Below are positions 12,454 through 24,906 of a stretch of DNA of 64,000 nucleotides, piece by piece. The position numbers and the translations under genes are program-made. Within the stretch, counting starts at the first letter, position 1. Each line of letters starts with the position of its first letter. The DNA comes from Basidiobolus meristosporus CBS 931.73 (Eukaryota > Fungi > Basidiobolomycota): positions 27,672-91,671 of the forward strand of contig MCFE01000341.1 in the NCBI GenBank assembly GCA_002104905.1. Reading direction: 5' to 3'. The notes under the pieces are model-generated. The model did not search any database, was not told where the DNA came from, and was given only the letters and a program-made list of their open reading frames with translations.

Positions 12454-15400
12454 TGTTGTAAGAGTCTTGGAGATATTGGAAGTGATTTAGGAGGGCAAGT
12501 AGATTTTGTAGTTTTCACTCAATGATTTACTCAATGTAAAAGTAGTATTGATACCTTTGCATGCACTTAGCATTACAAACATCAAGAATGGGCTAAGAAT
12601 GATTCCAAGACTATATGTGCAAAGTTTGGGGCTGCTTGGATAACTTTGAGAATATTCATGTTCTGGGTACCTGATATTTTGGTGAATATGTTCCAAGTAA
12701 ATCCCACAAGTAGTTTGGTCAGAATTCTCAAGGATATGAATGTAACAATCCAAGTGACTAAGTTAAGTGAATATTTAGATGGGATTAAAAGTTCTTACAA
12801 CACTCCAACTTGGCTAAGTGTTCATAGTAACTAGTCCTAATTTTGACTCAAGATATTCACACTTGTTTCTAACTAATGGTTTGGTAAATATGTCTGCAAT
12901 CATTTCATCTATAGGACAGTAAACTAAGCTAACTAAGTTATTCTCTATAGCTTCACGTATGAAATGATGTCTAATATCTATGTGCTTGGTTCTAGCATGA
13001 AAAGTTGGATTTCTACCTAATTGTATGCATCCTTGATTATCTTGAAATCAAGTAATAGATGTTTTTTGACATAGGCCTAAATCTACAAAAAGGTTTCTTT
13101 ACTGCATTGCTTTTTTTGTAGCCTAACATGCTGCCATATACTCTGCATTTGTGGCGGGAAATGCCATGGCTGGTTGCTTTCTTGAATTCCATGAAATAGA
13201 TCCTTGACAGTAAAGAAAGGTGTATCCTGTGGTTGATCTTCTGTCTTCTAAATTTGTCCCCATTCAGCATCAGAGTATCCCAAAAGATCCTGTTCTGAAT
13301 CCTTATAAGTGTATCTTAGGCAGATATCAGCAGCTCCTTTTAGGTATCTAAAAATCCACTTAACTGCTACAATATGACCAGATCCATAGTTCTGATTATG
13401 CCGGCTGACAACACTCACCAAATATAAGATATCTGGACATGCTCCAAGCAGGATATACATTTGACTGCTAAATATAGGTGGATAAAAAAAGTCAGGGCTT
13501 TCAGATGGCGCCAAGCTCTCTTGATTTGGTTGAGTTTTGACAAAGCTAAGGTTTGTCTCCATAGGGGTGGCTGCTGGTTTACAGTCTTTCATTTGATACT
13601 TCTTTAGTATATCTTGAATATACTTGGATTGACTAAGGGTGAGAGTTTGGGTACTTCTGTCAATGGAGAGCTTCATCCCTAAGTAGTAACTGAGTTCTCC
13701 AAAATTGGACATCTTGAACTCTTTAGACAGGCTGGATTTAGTCTCTTCCAATGTTGCTAGATTATTGGTAGCTATAATAAAATCATCCACATATAGAGCT
13801 AATAGAACTGGATTTGCCCTATCTAGCTTATATAATATACTATAGTCAGTATTACTCCTTTTGAAACTCAAAGATTCCAAACAAGAATCTATCTTGCAAT
13901 TCCAAGCTCTCAGTGATTATTTAAGACCATATAGAGATTTTTAAGCTTGCACACCAAATGGGGGTTATGTTGGTCAACAAACCCATCAGGCTGGTCTATA
14001 TAGAAGTCCTCATCAAGCTCTCCATACAAAATGCAGCTTTCACATCCATTTGATGAATAAAAAACTTATATTTGGCTGCAATAGCCAATATTAATCTGAT
14101 GGAATTAAACTTGGCTACCAGTGCAAAGGTCTCAGTATAGTCAAGTCCTTTTGTTTGAGAGTATTCTTTGGCCACAAGTCTTGCTTTGTATCTTTCAATT
14201 GAACCATCAGCCTTGTATTTTGTCTTAGAGAACCATCTGCATCAAATTGGTTTTTGGCTGATTGGTAATTTGACTTAGTCCCAAGTTTGATTTTCCATCA
14301 GGGCCTGGTATTCCTCAGTTATTGCAGATCTCCAAAACTTTGTCTGAGGGCTATTTAGGGCCTCTTTTGCAGTCTGGGGCTTATCATTATGGACTGAATA
14401 GGCAAAGGCTAAGCTTGTACCCTCATTGATATAGTAATTTGGGCTATTTCTTGTCCAATTTGATCTCCTGGCATTTGATAGTGGAATGATCACTTCTGCA
14501 GTATTCCTGGGTATGATTCAGGCTGAGCTACAGTTGTAGAGGCCTCTGGAGTGGAAAAGATTTCATTGTTTTGCTCTGATTCAATCCTGACTGTTGCTGG
14601 ACTTGAGATCATTTTTTTGTCATCATCTGATGTCATTTTTTGTGAAAATTTTGAATTTTTATCAAGCAACCCACCCCTGGACTTGATCAGCTTCTTTGCT
14701 TTAGTATTGTAGAGTCTGTTTGCCTTACTCTCATTGGAGTGGCCCAAAAATATGCATTTTACACTTTTGGCTCAAACTTTGATTGATATCTGGGCAGTTT
14801 CTTTGCACCTGCTATCAAAACAAAGATTTTTCAATATTTTGTACATGGTCTGCATCCATACCTTGCTTCAAATGGAGTAGAATCACTAAGTATTGTGTTA
14901 TTACTCCAATTTTCAAGGTATACAGCTGTAGCAACTGATTCTGCCCAAAAATTATAGGATAATTTTTGATCAGGGATCAATGATCTTGACATATCTATTA
15001 TTGATCTTTTTGCATGTTCTGCTACTTCATTTTGCTGTGGGGAGCATGGCACAGTAGTCTCTTGCTTCATCCCACAAATTCTGGAGATGTGGATGAAGAG
15101 TTTCAGGAATATTTTTTACCATTATCATAGTGTATTTTCTTGATTTTTTCACCAGTTTCTCTCTCCACCATGGCTTTAGGCCCCCTGAACTTAGACAGAG
15201 CTCCTTCTTTTCTCTCTAGAAGTAGACCTGTATGTATCTTGTATAATTGTCAATAAAAGAAACTGAATACTTCATCCTGCCTAAGGATATATTTTGCATA
15301 AGTCCGCACATATCTGTGTGAATTAGATATAATTTATTCTTAGCTTTGATCACCCAGAGCTCTTGAATTGTTGTAAGGCTTGTTTCACATATACTCAGGC

Positions 15401-17550
15401 TTCACAGTGCTCAATATTAGCTGGGGGATCAATTCTTACTCCAGAAATGAGCTGATCTTTGATCATTTTCACATATAATCAAAATTGATATACCCAAATC
15501 TCCCAGGCCAAAGCATTGGTGCTTCTTTGATTAAGTTACTCTGTTGACTTCCAGAAATAATGGAATACAAGTCACCTTGTACAGATTCTGATCTCTGATG
15601 CCCAATGCAATATGGGCATCATTTTGATCAGTTATCCTGCATCCAGAATTGTCAAAGCAGAAACTAAGTTCTTCCGCTGTGGCCTTGCTTACTGATATTA
15701 GGCTATTGGCTATTTCTGATACATAGAGTACTTGGTTAAATATCAGTGTATAGCTTCCTTTGCTGCTTCTTAAATTTACTTGGATAGTTCCTTCTCCCAC
15801 TGCATCATGTGTTCTATCATCACCCTTGAGAACCTTCTTAACTGCAATTTCTTGGTAATGGGTGAGAAGTTCTTTTTGGTGTGTAATGAGTTGAGATGCT
15901 CCAGAGTCAATGTACCACATCCAAGAATCCTTGTTTGTGGTCATGCTTAGTGCAGATATGAGTTGTCTATCTTCAGTTGTTGCAGCATTTCCATATTCAG
16001 GCTTCTTTTGCTGATTATCACTCTTTTTGAGACACTGGTCTGATGTGTGTCCTTTCCTTTTGCAGTAGTTTTTGGCAGCATTATTGTAGTAAAGAATAGA
16101 CTTGTTCCGTTGGATAGTGCCACATTGAGCCATGAGTGCCAAATGATGCCATAGTGTGCCAGAGAGGTAAAGTGATCCTCTACCTGGCCACAGAGTGTGA
16201 AACATAGCTCCGCATCTTCATGCAAAGCAGCCCCTGTGTTTCACCCATTGCGCAGGAGAAAATCCATTTTTTGACCTTTTTTTGTGGATCAATGTAGCTC
16301 AGGATGTGTAAGAGCACAGGAGAACTGAAGATATGCATCTGGTACTCAATACCCATGGCACTCTGAATCTAGCTCCTGTAGCTTGTATCATGTCACAAAA
16401 ATGAATGGTACTATCTTGGTCCACTGGTACTATCTGGCACTATATTTAAATATTAGCCCTAAAGTAAGATCTATACAAAGCACTTATAGTGCCAGATAGT
16501 ACCAGTGGACCAAGATAGTGCCATTCATTTTTGTGACATGATGCAAGCTACAGGAGCTAGATTCAGAGTGCCATGGGTATTGAGTACCAGATGCATATCT
16601 TCAATCTGCTTGTGCTCTAACACATCCTGCACAACATTGATCCAAAAAAAAAGGTCAAAAAATGGATTTTCTCCAGCACAATGGGTGAAACACAGGGGCT
16701 GCTTTGCATGAAGATGCGGAGCTATGTTTCACACTCTGTGGCCAGGTAGAGGCTCACATGGCCTCTCTGGCACACTATGGCATCATTTGGCACTCATGGC
16801 TCAATGTGGCACTATCCAACGGAACAAGTCTAATATTTGTCTAAGATACATTTTCTTAGCAGCTGAACATGACTGGTAGGTGCATTTTAATGCCTTCCAG
16901 GCATTCTTTGGCATTTTTGCTCTTGAGCATTGAATTAGAAGTATGTCTTTAACATTGAGGCAAATGCAGTTAAAGGCACTTTGTTCTTTCTTCTGGCACT
17001 TTAAGACTCTCTCTCCCATACTTTTAGAAGGGCATTCTTCTCCCATGACAATATCCCAAAGGCCTCTTTGTTGTAGCAGCATATTTATCTTCACCTTCCA
17101 CACCTGGTAGTTAGATCTATCCAACTTTTCAGCAAAGGGAGAAATTCTACTAATAGCTGTAGTAGACACTGAAGAGAGTGACAGCTTGGGGTGCATAACC
17201 TGTTGTAAGAGTCCTGGAGATATTGGAAGTGATTTGGGAGAGCAAGTAGAATATGTGGCTGTCACTAAATAATTTATTGAATGTAAAAGTAGTACTAATA
17301 TTTTTACATGGTCTTGGCAGTAAAAACATGTAAAATAGGCTAAAGAAGGTCCCAAGACCATGTGTGCAAAGTTTGGGGGTGCTTGGACAATTTTCAGAAT
17401 TTTCATGTTCTGGGTACCTGGTATTTTGGTGAAAATACTCCAAGTAAATTCCAACAAGGAATTTGGTCAGTATTCCCTAAGATTTGAAGGTAATAGTCAA
17501 AGTGACTAGGCTAGGTGAACAATTAGGTGCAATTACAAACTTTTAAAACA
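12454..17550 (-). mobile_element. Copia element C2c (decayed), inserted antisense in the gag of C2d; carries a MITE at 16098-16831
   Basis: LTRs 12454-12802 and 17201-17550. Near-TSD AAAAG/CAAAG. RT/RH/IN/PR fragments 13248-16205. Host gag resumes at 17551. Confidence 0.9.
16098..16831. mobile_element. Palindromic (foldback) MITE copy 1, 734 bp, PHIS type
   Basis: Ends AGACTTGTTCC...GGAACAAGTCT. About 345-bp inverted arms around a ~42-bp loop. 3-bp TSD AAT. Confidence 0.95.
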
Positions 17551-19780
17551 CAAAGGAGATACCCAGGACCTTCTAAAGGCAATACCAACCTGCTTTGCAA
17601 CTACAGCAAAAGGAAAGTACACTCATCAGACCAGTGCTTCAAAAAGAGCTATAGTCCGCAAAAAAAGCCTGAATATGGAAATGCTGCAACAACAGAAGAT
17701 AGACTATAGACTTGTTCCATTGGATAGTGCCACATTGAGCCATGAGTGCCAAATGATGCCATAGTGTGCCAGAGAGGCCAAGTGAGCCTATACTTGGCCA
17801 CAGAGTGTGAAACATGGATCTGCATCTTCATGCAAAGCAGCCCATGTGTTTCACCTATGATGCAGGAGAAAATCCAGTTTTTGATGTTTTTTTGTGGATC
17901 AATGTTATGCAGGATGTGTAAGAGCACAGAAGAACTGAAGACATGCATCAGGTACTCAATACCCATGGCACTCTGAATCTAGCTCCTGTGGCTTGTAACA
18001 TGTCACCACAATGCATGGCACTATCTTGGTCCACTGGTACTATCTGACACTATATTTAATTATTAGCCCTAAAGTAAGATCTATACAAAGCACTTATAGT
18101 GCCAGATAGTACCTGTGGACCAAGATAGTGCCATGCATTGTTGTGACATGTTACAAGCCACAGGAGCTAGATTCAGAGTGTCATGGGTATTGAGTTCCAA
18201 ATGCATATTTTCAATCCTTTTGTGCTCTTACACATCCTGCACAACATTGACCTAAAAAAAAAGGTCAAAAAATGGATTTTCTCCAACACATTTGGTGAAA
18301 TACAGGGGCTGCTTTGCATGAAGATGCAGATCTATGTTTCACACTCTGTGGCCAAGTATAGGCTCACTTAGCCTCCCTAGCACACTATGGCATCATTAGG
18401 CACTCATGGCTCAATGTGGCACTATCCAACGGAACAAGTCCTATTCATATCTGCACTAAATATGACCACAAATAAGGATTCTCAGATGTGGTATTTTGAC
18501 TCTGGAGCATCTCAACACCTTATACACCAAAGAGAACTTTTTACCTAATACCAAGAAATTCCAAATAAGAAGGTTTTCATGGGTGACAATAGAACACTTG
18601 ATGCAGTGGGAGAAGGAACAATCCAAGTATATCTAAGAAGCCGCAAAGGAAGCCATACACTGACATTTAAACATGTACTCTATATACAAGAAATAGCCAA
18701 TAGCCTACTATCAGTAAGCAAGGCCACAGCAGAAGAACTCAATTTCAGATTTGATAATTCTGGATACAGGATCACTGATAAAAGTGGTCCCCACATTGCA
18801 TTGGGTATCATAGATCAGAATCTGTACAAGGTGACTTATATTCCATAGTATCTAGAAGCCAATATAAGTAACTTAAATGAAGAAATACTAATGCTTTGGC
18901 ACAGGAGATTTATACACATCAATTTTGATTATTTGCACAAGATGAGTATGGATCAGCTAATTTGCTGAGTAAAACTTGATGCTACAGCTAGTTTGGAGTG
19001 TTGTGAAGCCTGCATATATAGGAAACAAGCCAGACAACTGTTCAAGAGCTCTGGGCTTATCAAAATGAAGAAAAAACTGATCTAATTTACTCAGATCTAT
19101 GTGGACCTATGCAAACTTCATCCTCAGGGGGGATGAAGTATTTGATAACTTCTATTGATGATTATACAAGATTCACATTGGTCTACCTCAAGGGAGGAAA
19201 CAAAGAAGCTTTGTCCAAGCTCTGGGAGTTTAAAGCCATGGTGGTAAGAGAAACTGGTGAAAAAATTAACAAAATACACTCTGACAATGGTAAAAAATAT
19301 ATCTCAAAACTCTTGATCCACTTCTGCAAGATAAATTATATAGAGCAAGAGACAACTGTACCATACTCCCCACAGCAAAATGGATCAGCATAATGTGCAA
19401 ACAGATCAATAAATGAAATGGCAAGATCTATAATCCATGATCAAGATCTATCATATGATTTTTGAGTGGAATCAGTTGCCACAGCTGCATACCTTTAGAA
19501 TAGGAGTTATAGCTGAATACTTTGGGATTCTACTCCATTTGAGGCATTGTATGAATACAGGTCAAGGGCATATCTTCTAAGGATATCTGGGTGTAAAGCA
19601 TATGTCAAGAAACTGCTCAGAAATCAGTCAAAACTTGAGCCAAAAAGTATAAATGCATATTTTTGGGCTTCTGCAATGATAGTAAAGCATACAGACTCTA
19701 CTCCAGAGCAAAGAAGCAGATCAAGTGCAGGGATGTGTTGTTTGATGAAAATTCAAAATTTGCAGAAAAAATGACATTTG
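17551..19780 (+). pseudogene. Decayed copia C2d, gag zinc knuckle to integrase, interrupted by MITE copy 2
   Basis: LLCNYSKRKVH, FDSGASQH, GDNRTLDAVGEG, HSDNG, PYSPQQNG motifs with stops and frameshifts. Confidence 0.88.
17708..18441. mobile_element. Palindromic MITE copy 2, 734 bp
   Basis: Same TIRs. TSD TAT; removing it restores gag ...GAA GAT AGA CTA TTC ATA TCT (EDRLFIS). Confidence 0.95.
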
Positions 19781-19834
19781 ATGTGCCAAAATTATTGAGT
19801 AGTCACCTAAATACTAATAAGGTGCTGTGAACCA

Positions 19835-20570
19835 TCAACCCCAATCTACTCAAGGAGATTCCTTGTTAAGCTTCTCTGCTATTACATAAACTATTGCCCT
19901 ACAAGGTTCCATCCTACCATCCATGGCAACAAAAGTCATAGAAGCTTTCATTCCCAGCTGACAGCAATGGAGAACCACCTTACAGAGGGTATGAATTATT
20001 TAATGCAAGCTTAGAATACTAGGTTTAGAAGCTCCAATAGACTTCCATATTGCAGAGTGTTCAGCAATAGGTTCCATATAAGGCATCTTTTGGATACCTT
20101 CCCAGTCAGGATTAACAGACCTTCCACAGGGGAGAGGCACTTTCATTCAGGCAAGTATAAGGTACACTGTGTGAAGTTTCAAGCAATATTTGACATTGAG
20201 GGTAACATCATCTGGTTTAGTGGGCCATTTGCTGGAAGTGGGCATGACAAATCACTGTGGGTAGAGAATCATCCAAAATTTGGAAGAGGGGGAAAAGTAT
20301 GGCAGACCTAGCTTATAAAGGAGAGGATTGTCAGAGATATGGATGTATTACAGCTTATAGGAAGCCAAGGAATGGTGTGCTTAGCAGGAAGCAGAAGCTC
20401 TACAATGAGATATTTAATCATTTCAGGGTGAGTGTAGACCATACATTTGGATATCTGAAGGGACTCAGCATATTGGCAGGTAAATACAGAGGAAAGTCAT
20501 ATATTGGAGAAAACAGCAGAATAGATAAAATAGCCAAGATACTTATCAGTGCATAGTATATTGGTACAAG
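19835..20570 (+). pseudogene. DDE transposase of the IS5/PIF-Harbinger/ISL2EU (PHIS; DDE_Tnp_4-like) class, 5'-truncated and frameshifted
   Basis: LLDTFPV...HSGKYKVHCVKFQ...GNIIWFSGPFAGSGHD...ADLAYKG...RKPRNGVLSRKQKLYN...RVSVDHTFGYLK...KYR. The 5' part overlaps the ORF at 60670-61002. Confidence 0.85.
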
Positions 20571-20689
20571 AAGACATCCCCTGAGAGAAATGTGTCAGGA
20601 GCATTATGAAGAGTATATATAGCAAGGAAAGCACTGCTCTGAGCAACATAAGGAAGATTGAGTAAAAGTACCAGTAACTGTATTGCACC

Positions 20690-20799
20690 ACTGGCATTAT
20701 GGTAGAGATTAGAGTACCAGATAGTGTCATAGAGTGCCAGATTGGTCCAGCACTATAAACAGGCTGGCACAATGTGGCACTATCCAACAGAACAAGCCT
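20690..20799 (+). repeat. Right end of the transposase-bearing PHIS element (TIR plus subterminal GGCACTAT/ATAGTGCC-like motifs)
   Basis: AATGTGGCACTATCCAACAGAACAAGCCT followed by ATT. About 30 bp shared with the MITE ends. Confidence 0.8.
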
Positions 20800-20969
20800 A
20801 TTATGCTGGTGCTCTATTGCTACCAAGGAAAAATGTGTAAATTCAGCAAATGAGGGTTCAAATCTACAATGAAGCACAGTGCTATATATATGCATATGAC
20901 CTCAATTGACTACTAGAGAAGCTTTTTGATAGGATATTATCCTGAATTGCAAAAAAAAATAGATCATTA

Positions 20970-21702
20970 TTAGACTTGTTCCATTGGATAGTGCCACATT
21001 GAACCATGATTACCAAATTATGCCTTAGCATGCTGGGGAGGCCAAGTGTACCTATACTTGCCCACAGAGTGTAAAGTATATTTATTCATCATCATGCAAA
21101 GCAGCCCGCATGTTTCATCCATTGTGCAGGAGAAAATCCATTTTTTGACCTGTTTTTTGGGATGAATGTTGTGCATAATCTGTAAGAAGACTGAAAGACT
21201 GAAGACATGCATCTGGTACTCAGTACCTATGGTACTCTGAATCTGGCTCCTGTGGCTTGTGACATGTTACAAAAATGTATGGCACCATCTTGGCCTACTG
21301 GCACTATCTGGCACAATAAGTGCATTGTATAGGTTTTACTTTGGGGCTACTATTTAAACATAGTGCCTGATGGTGCCAGTGGGCCACAATGATGCATGCA
21401 TTTTTGTGACATGTAGCAAGCCACAGGAGCTAGATACAGAGTACCATGGGTATTGAGTACCAGATGTATGTCATCAATCCTTCTGTGCTCTTATACATCA
21501 TGCACAGTATTGATCTAAAAAAAAGGGCAAAAATTAATTTTCTCCTGCACAGTGGGTGAAACACAAGGGTGGCCTTGCACAAAGATAAAGCTATATTCTT
21601 CACACTCAGTGGCCAAGTATATGTCTACTAGGCCTCCTGGACACGCCAAGGCATTATTTCGCCCTGATGGCTCAATGTGGCACTATCCAGCAGAACAAGT
21701 CT
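20970..21702. mobile_element. Palindromic MITE copy 3, 733 bp, more diverged, loop in the opposite orientation
   Basis: Same TIRs, TSD ATT. Central loop is the reverse complement of that in copies 1, 2 and 4. Confidence 0.92.
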
Positions 21703-24268
21703 ATTGAATGATTGCCAGAGGAAGATTTCACAAAATCTTTTACTGCTCAGAATAAGGCTGACAATGCAGGTACTGGAGCTCTCAACCACCATTTTGGAGT
21801 ATCTATTAATGGAAAAAGATCTCAGAAACAAGCTCCCTCAATTGTCATGATCCTACCAATATATAATACATATATATCCACCTGGAGTACGGATATGTAC
21901 TACACAATCCTATAGAAGAATGCTACACTTGTATCAAGTGTTTTGATCCTAAAACCAATGTTCTAAGAGCTAATTATGAAGCTGTCAGACATGCTATCAC
22001 TCTGTTTAAGTCTCAAATAGTGGGAGAAAGTATTAAAATAACTTGGCAAAATCAACTCAGAAGATTCTACCACCAGCCAGAAAGAGTGAAGCCAATTATT
22101 GCAAGCCTGATTGGAGTATACATTAAGCAACAGATGGCTGGTATACAGCTAACAGCCACTCAGAAGATAGCATAGTATTTTATACTTGTTATGTATATAT
22201 CATTTATTACCGGGGGAAACCACTTGGTGACATTTGTTTCTCTGGATCAGATCAGAAGAATTGTGTTTGATCAAATCACTACCATGCTCTGCATCTCAAA
22301 AAGCTGATATATTGGATTCTGATACCAAAGTACTGATGAAACTAGCTTTTAAATGCGGCTTGTTTGATCAAGTTTGGTCAACTCTTTTTGAAGTTATGAT
22401 TAATCTATGCAGATGCCCATTGTGATTATATCACCCTCAAATTGTTGTATATTCTGGACTAATGATGTCATAAAGACTTCAATGCTAAGCCACACTGTAG
22501 TACCTCATGTAAGAAAGTCCAGAACCATCTCATAAAAGGAATTTCCCTAGGATCACCAGCAGAAAAAAGAAAAAGAAGAAAAAGGAAAATACTACTGCTG
22601 CAAATTAGGGTACTTCCCAAATGGAGCCAAAGCCTATGAAGGCTATATTTGGACTATCTGGCAATTCAGATATACTTCATAGAGCCTTTTGTACAAGGTT
22701 CCCAAGCCAGAAACCCCAGGAGAGCCTTGAAACTTCAATGGGATCTGTCAGATATTGCAGTATATATCAGTGCAGATTATATAATGCAGAAGTCTTGATG
22801 TCTGCTGTTTATGGAGCTCAAAGTGAATGGTGCAAGGATCAAGCAAATACTTTTTACGAGTTATGAAGACACTGAGAAGATCAGTTAGCCTTGCAAACCA
22901 AGCTCATGGCTGAAATAACTATCAGGAGAATAAGGATAATCAAAGCCTTTGTTAAGGAGAATCTCACTTGTAGAAAAGTGCCAGTATCTACTCTACAAGT
23001 GTATTCTGATAAGACAAAAGCAGCCATATCAATTTAAATCAGTTGAAGTACTCTTAGAGTAGCTATAAAACAACCTATGGTACTTTCAGATACCAATCTG
23101 GGTAAATCAAGAAGCAGATGGACTTTGAACCTACTGTAAATGAAGTAATCAGTCCAATGAAAGCCACTGCTACTTAAGGAAGACAAAGATGACCATTCTA
23201 GATCATTTCTGTGGATCTGAATCACTAAACATACATGGCTCAAGTGGGGGCAGACCATTACAGCACAGTGTTGAGCAAAAACCTTTATTTTTTTTGGCCA
23301 TGTTGTATGTGACTTAATGCCAGGAAATGAGGATAATGCAGATCAGACATAAATGACAAGACCTAACTTGGCTCAATATAGATCATTTCTTTTACCTCAT
23401 ATGGAGTCTATATGATTGAAGTAACTATCCCTGAGCCTAATATAGACATAGAGTGAAGTTGTTTAAATGAGTTAGACTTTTGCCCAGAAATAAGGAAGCT
23501 TCTGATCTGTTGTGAATGACAAGTCCTAACTTGACCAAAAGTGGGTCAATTATGCTCAGATACAAAGCATTTGATAGCCCAGAGGCTATACCAAATTATT
23601 TGATACAAGTTAGTTTGTTATATAAAAATACCACCAACGTCTCTAAACATTCCCAACATTCCACACACCATCTTTTAAAAAATTATATTTATTTATGCAA
23701 ATCAACATATGACAGAAAATTATCACATTTAATTGTGGCATTATTTCTCTGTGTTGTACAACCACATCCTATAACTCTCCATTGTCTGCCTATTTGGTAA
23801 ATACACTATCTTGTCCCCAGAACTCCTCCAAAATTTCTCCTTCAACCCCAAATTCTTCCTTATGCAATTCATGAAATTAAGATGCTCCTTAAGTGGATTC
23901 CACGGCTGATAACATCAATATCTTCCACAATGGTCTGGAAAAGCATTTGGTTATCGTATCATCTTCCCATTGTACAGCCAGGCTATTGAATACTGACAAT
24001 AAGACCTGGCCTATTATTCAAGCCCATACAACTGATCAAAGTTGATGATTAGTATTTTGATCAGATCACTGTGATGTTTAGGCATACTATTAATTAGAAA
24101 TGCACATTGAATTACAAGTTACTAATTCAACTAAGTTGAACTCACATATATATACTGTTTAATAATATATTAGTCCAGTATGCAACACATTTGAATCTTT
24201 GTACACTAATTACAGATTGTACAGTCTCATATGTATTTATTACTTGTGTTTATTTTGTTGAGTGGGAG

Positions 24269-24618
24269 TGTTGTAATCATTAACTTGTCACCTAAATATT
24301 CATGCTAGCTTAGTCATATATATCTTACTCTTTGATTATCATTCTGTCCTGACCAAATTTCTTGTTTGGATTTACTTGAAATATTTTCACCAAATTATCA
24401 GGTACCCTGATTTTTAACTTTCTCAAAGTTGTCCAATAGCCCCCAGACTTTGCGCACATATTCTTGTGACCTTCCTTAGCAAACTCTACACATTTGTTTG
24501 CTCTACTTCATCAAAAGTATGAATACCATACTTTAAATCAATAAATTTACAAGTGAGTAGCTTGTAAAACCTCTAATTCTTCACATCAATTCCAATACCT
24601 TATGAAAAATTATTGAGA
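24269..24618 (+). repeat. Copia-type LTR (family C3) preceded by PPT GAGTGGGAG (24260-24268)
   Basis: Homologous to the outer LTR at 2069-2771. The PPT is identical to that of C2a. Confidence 0.8.
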
Positions 24619-24906
24619 TGATCCCACCAAAAGGCCATCACAAAGCTAAAGTCCTGTGACTTAGAGGTACCAATCTTGTTGGGACACTGTCCAGAGACTG
24701 TTAAAAAATAATTGCACCCCAGATTTCACAAAACACTTCAAAATTTTTCATCACAACAATTTATAAGTGGCTTTTGATTGGTTCCTCCCAGTTTGTTCAC
24801 ATTCTGTTCCTGGACACTCTATTGCATCCTATGTTTGAGTTAATTGATTGGCTATTGCCTCTTTGTCACACTCCTTACTTCCTGACTCAACCATTTCTCT
24901 TACTTT

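Noticed and set aside
16505-18371. Short track ORFs inside the MITEs (e.g. MPNDAIVCQ..., MDQDSAIHF...)
   Set aside because: They recur only because the MITE is repeated and palindromic, and their frames are not conserved between copies.
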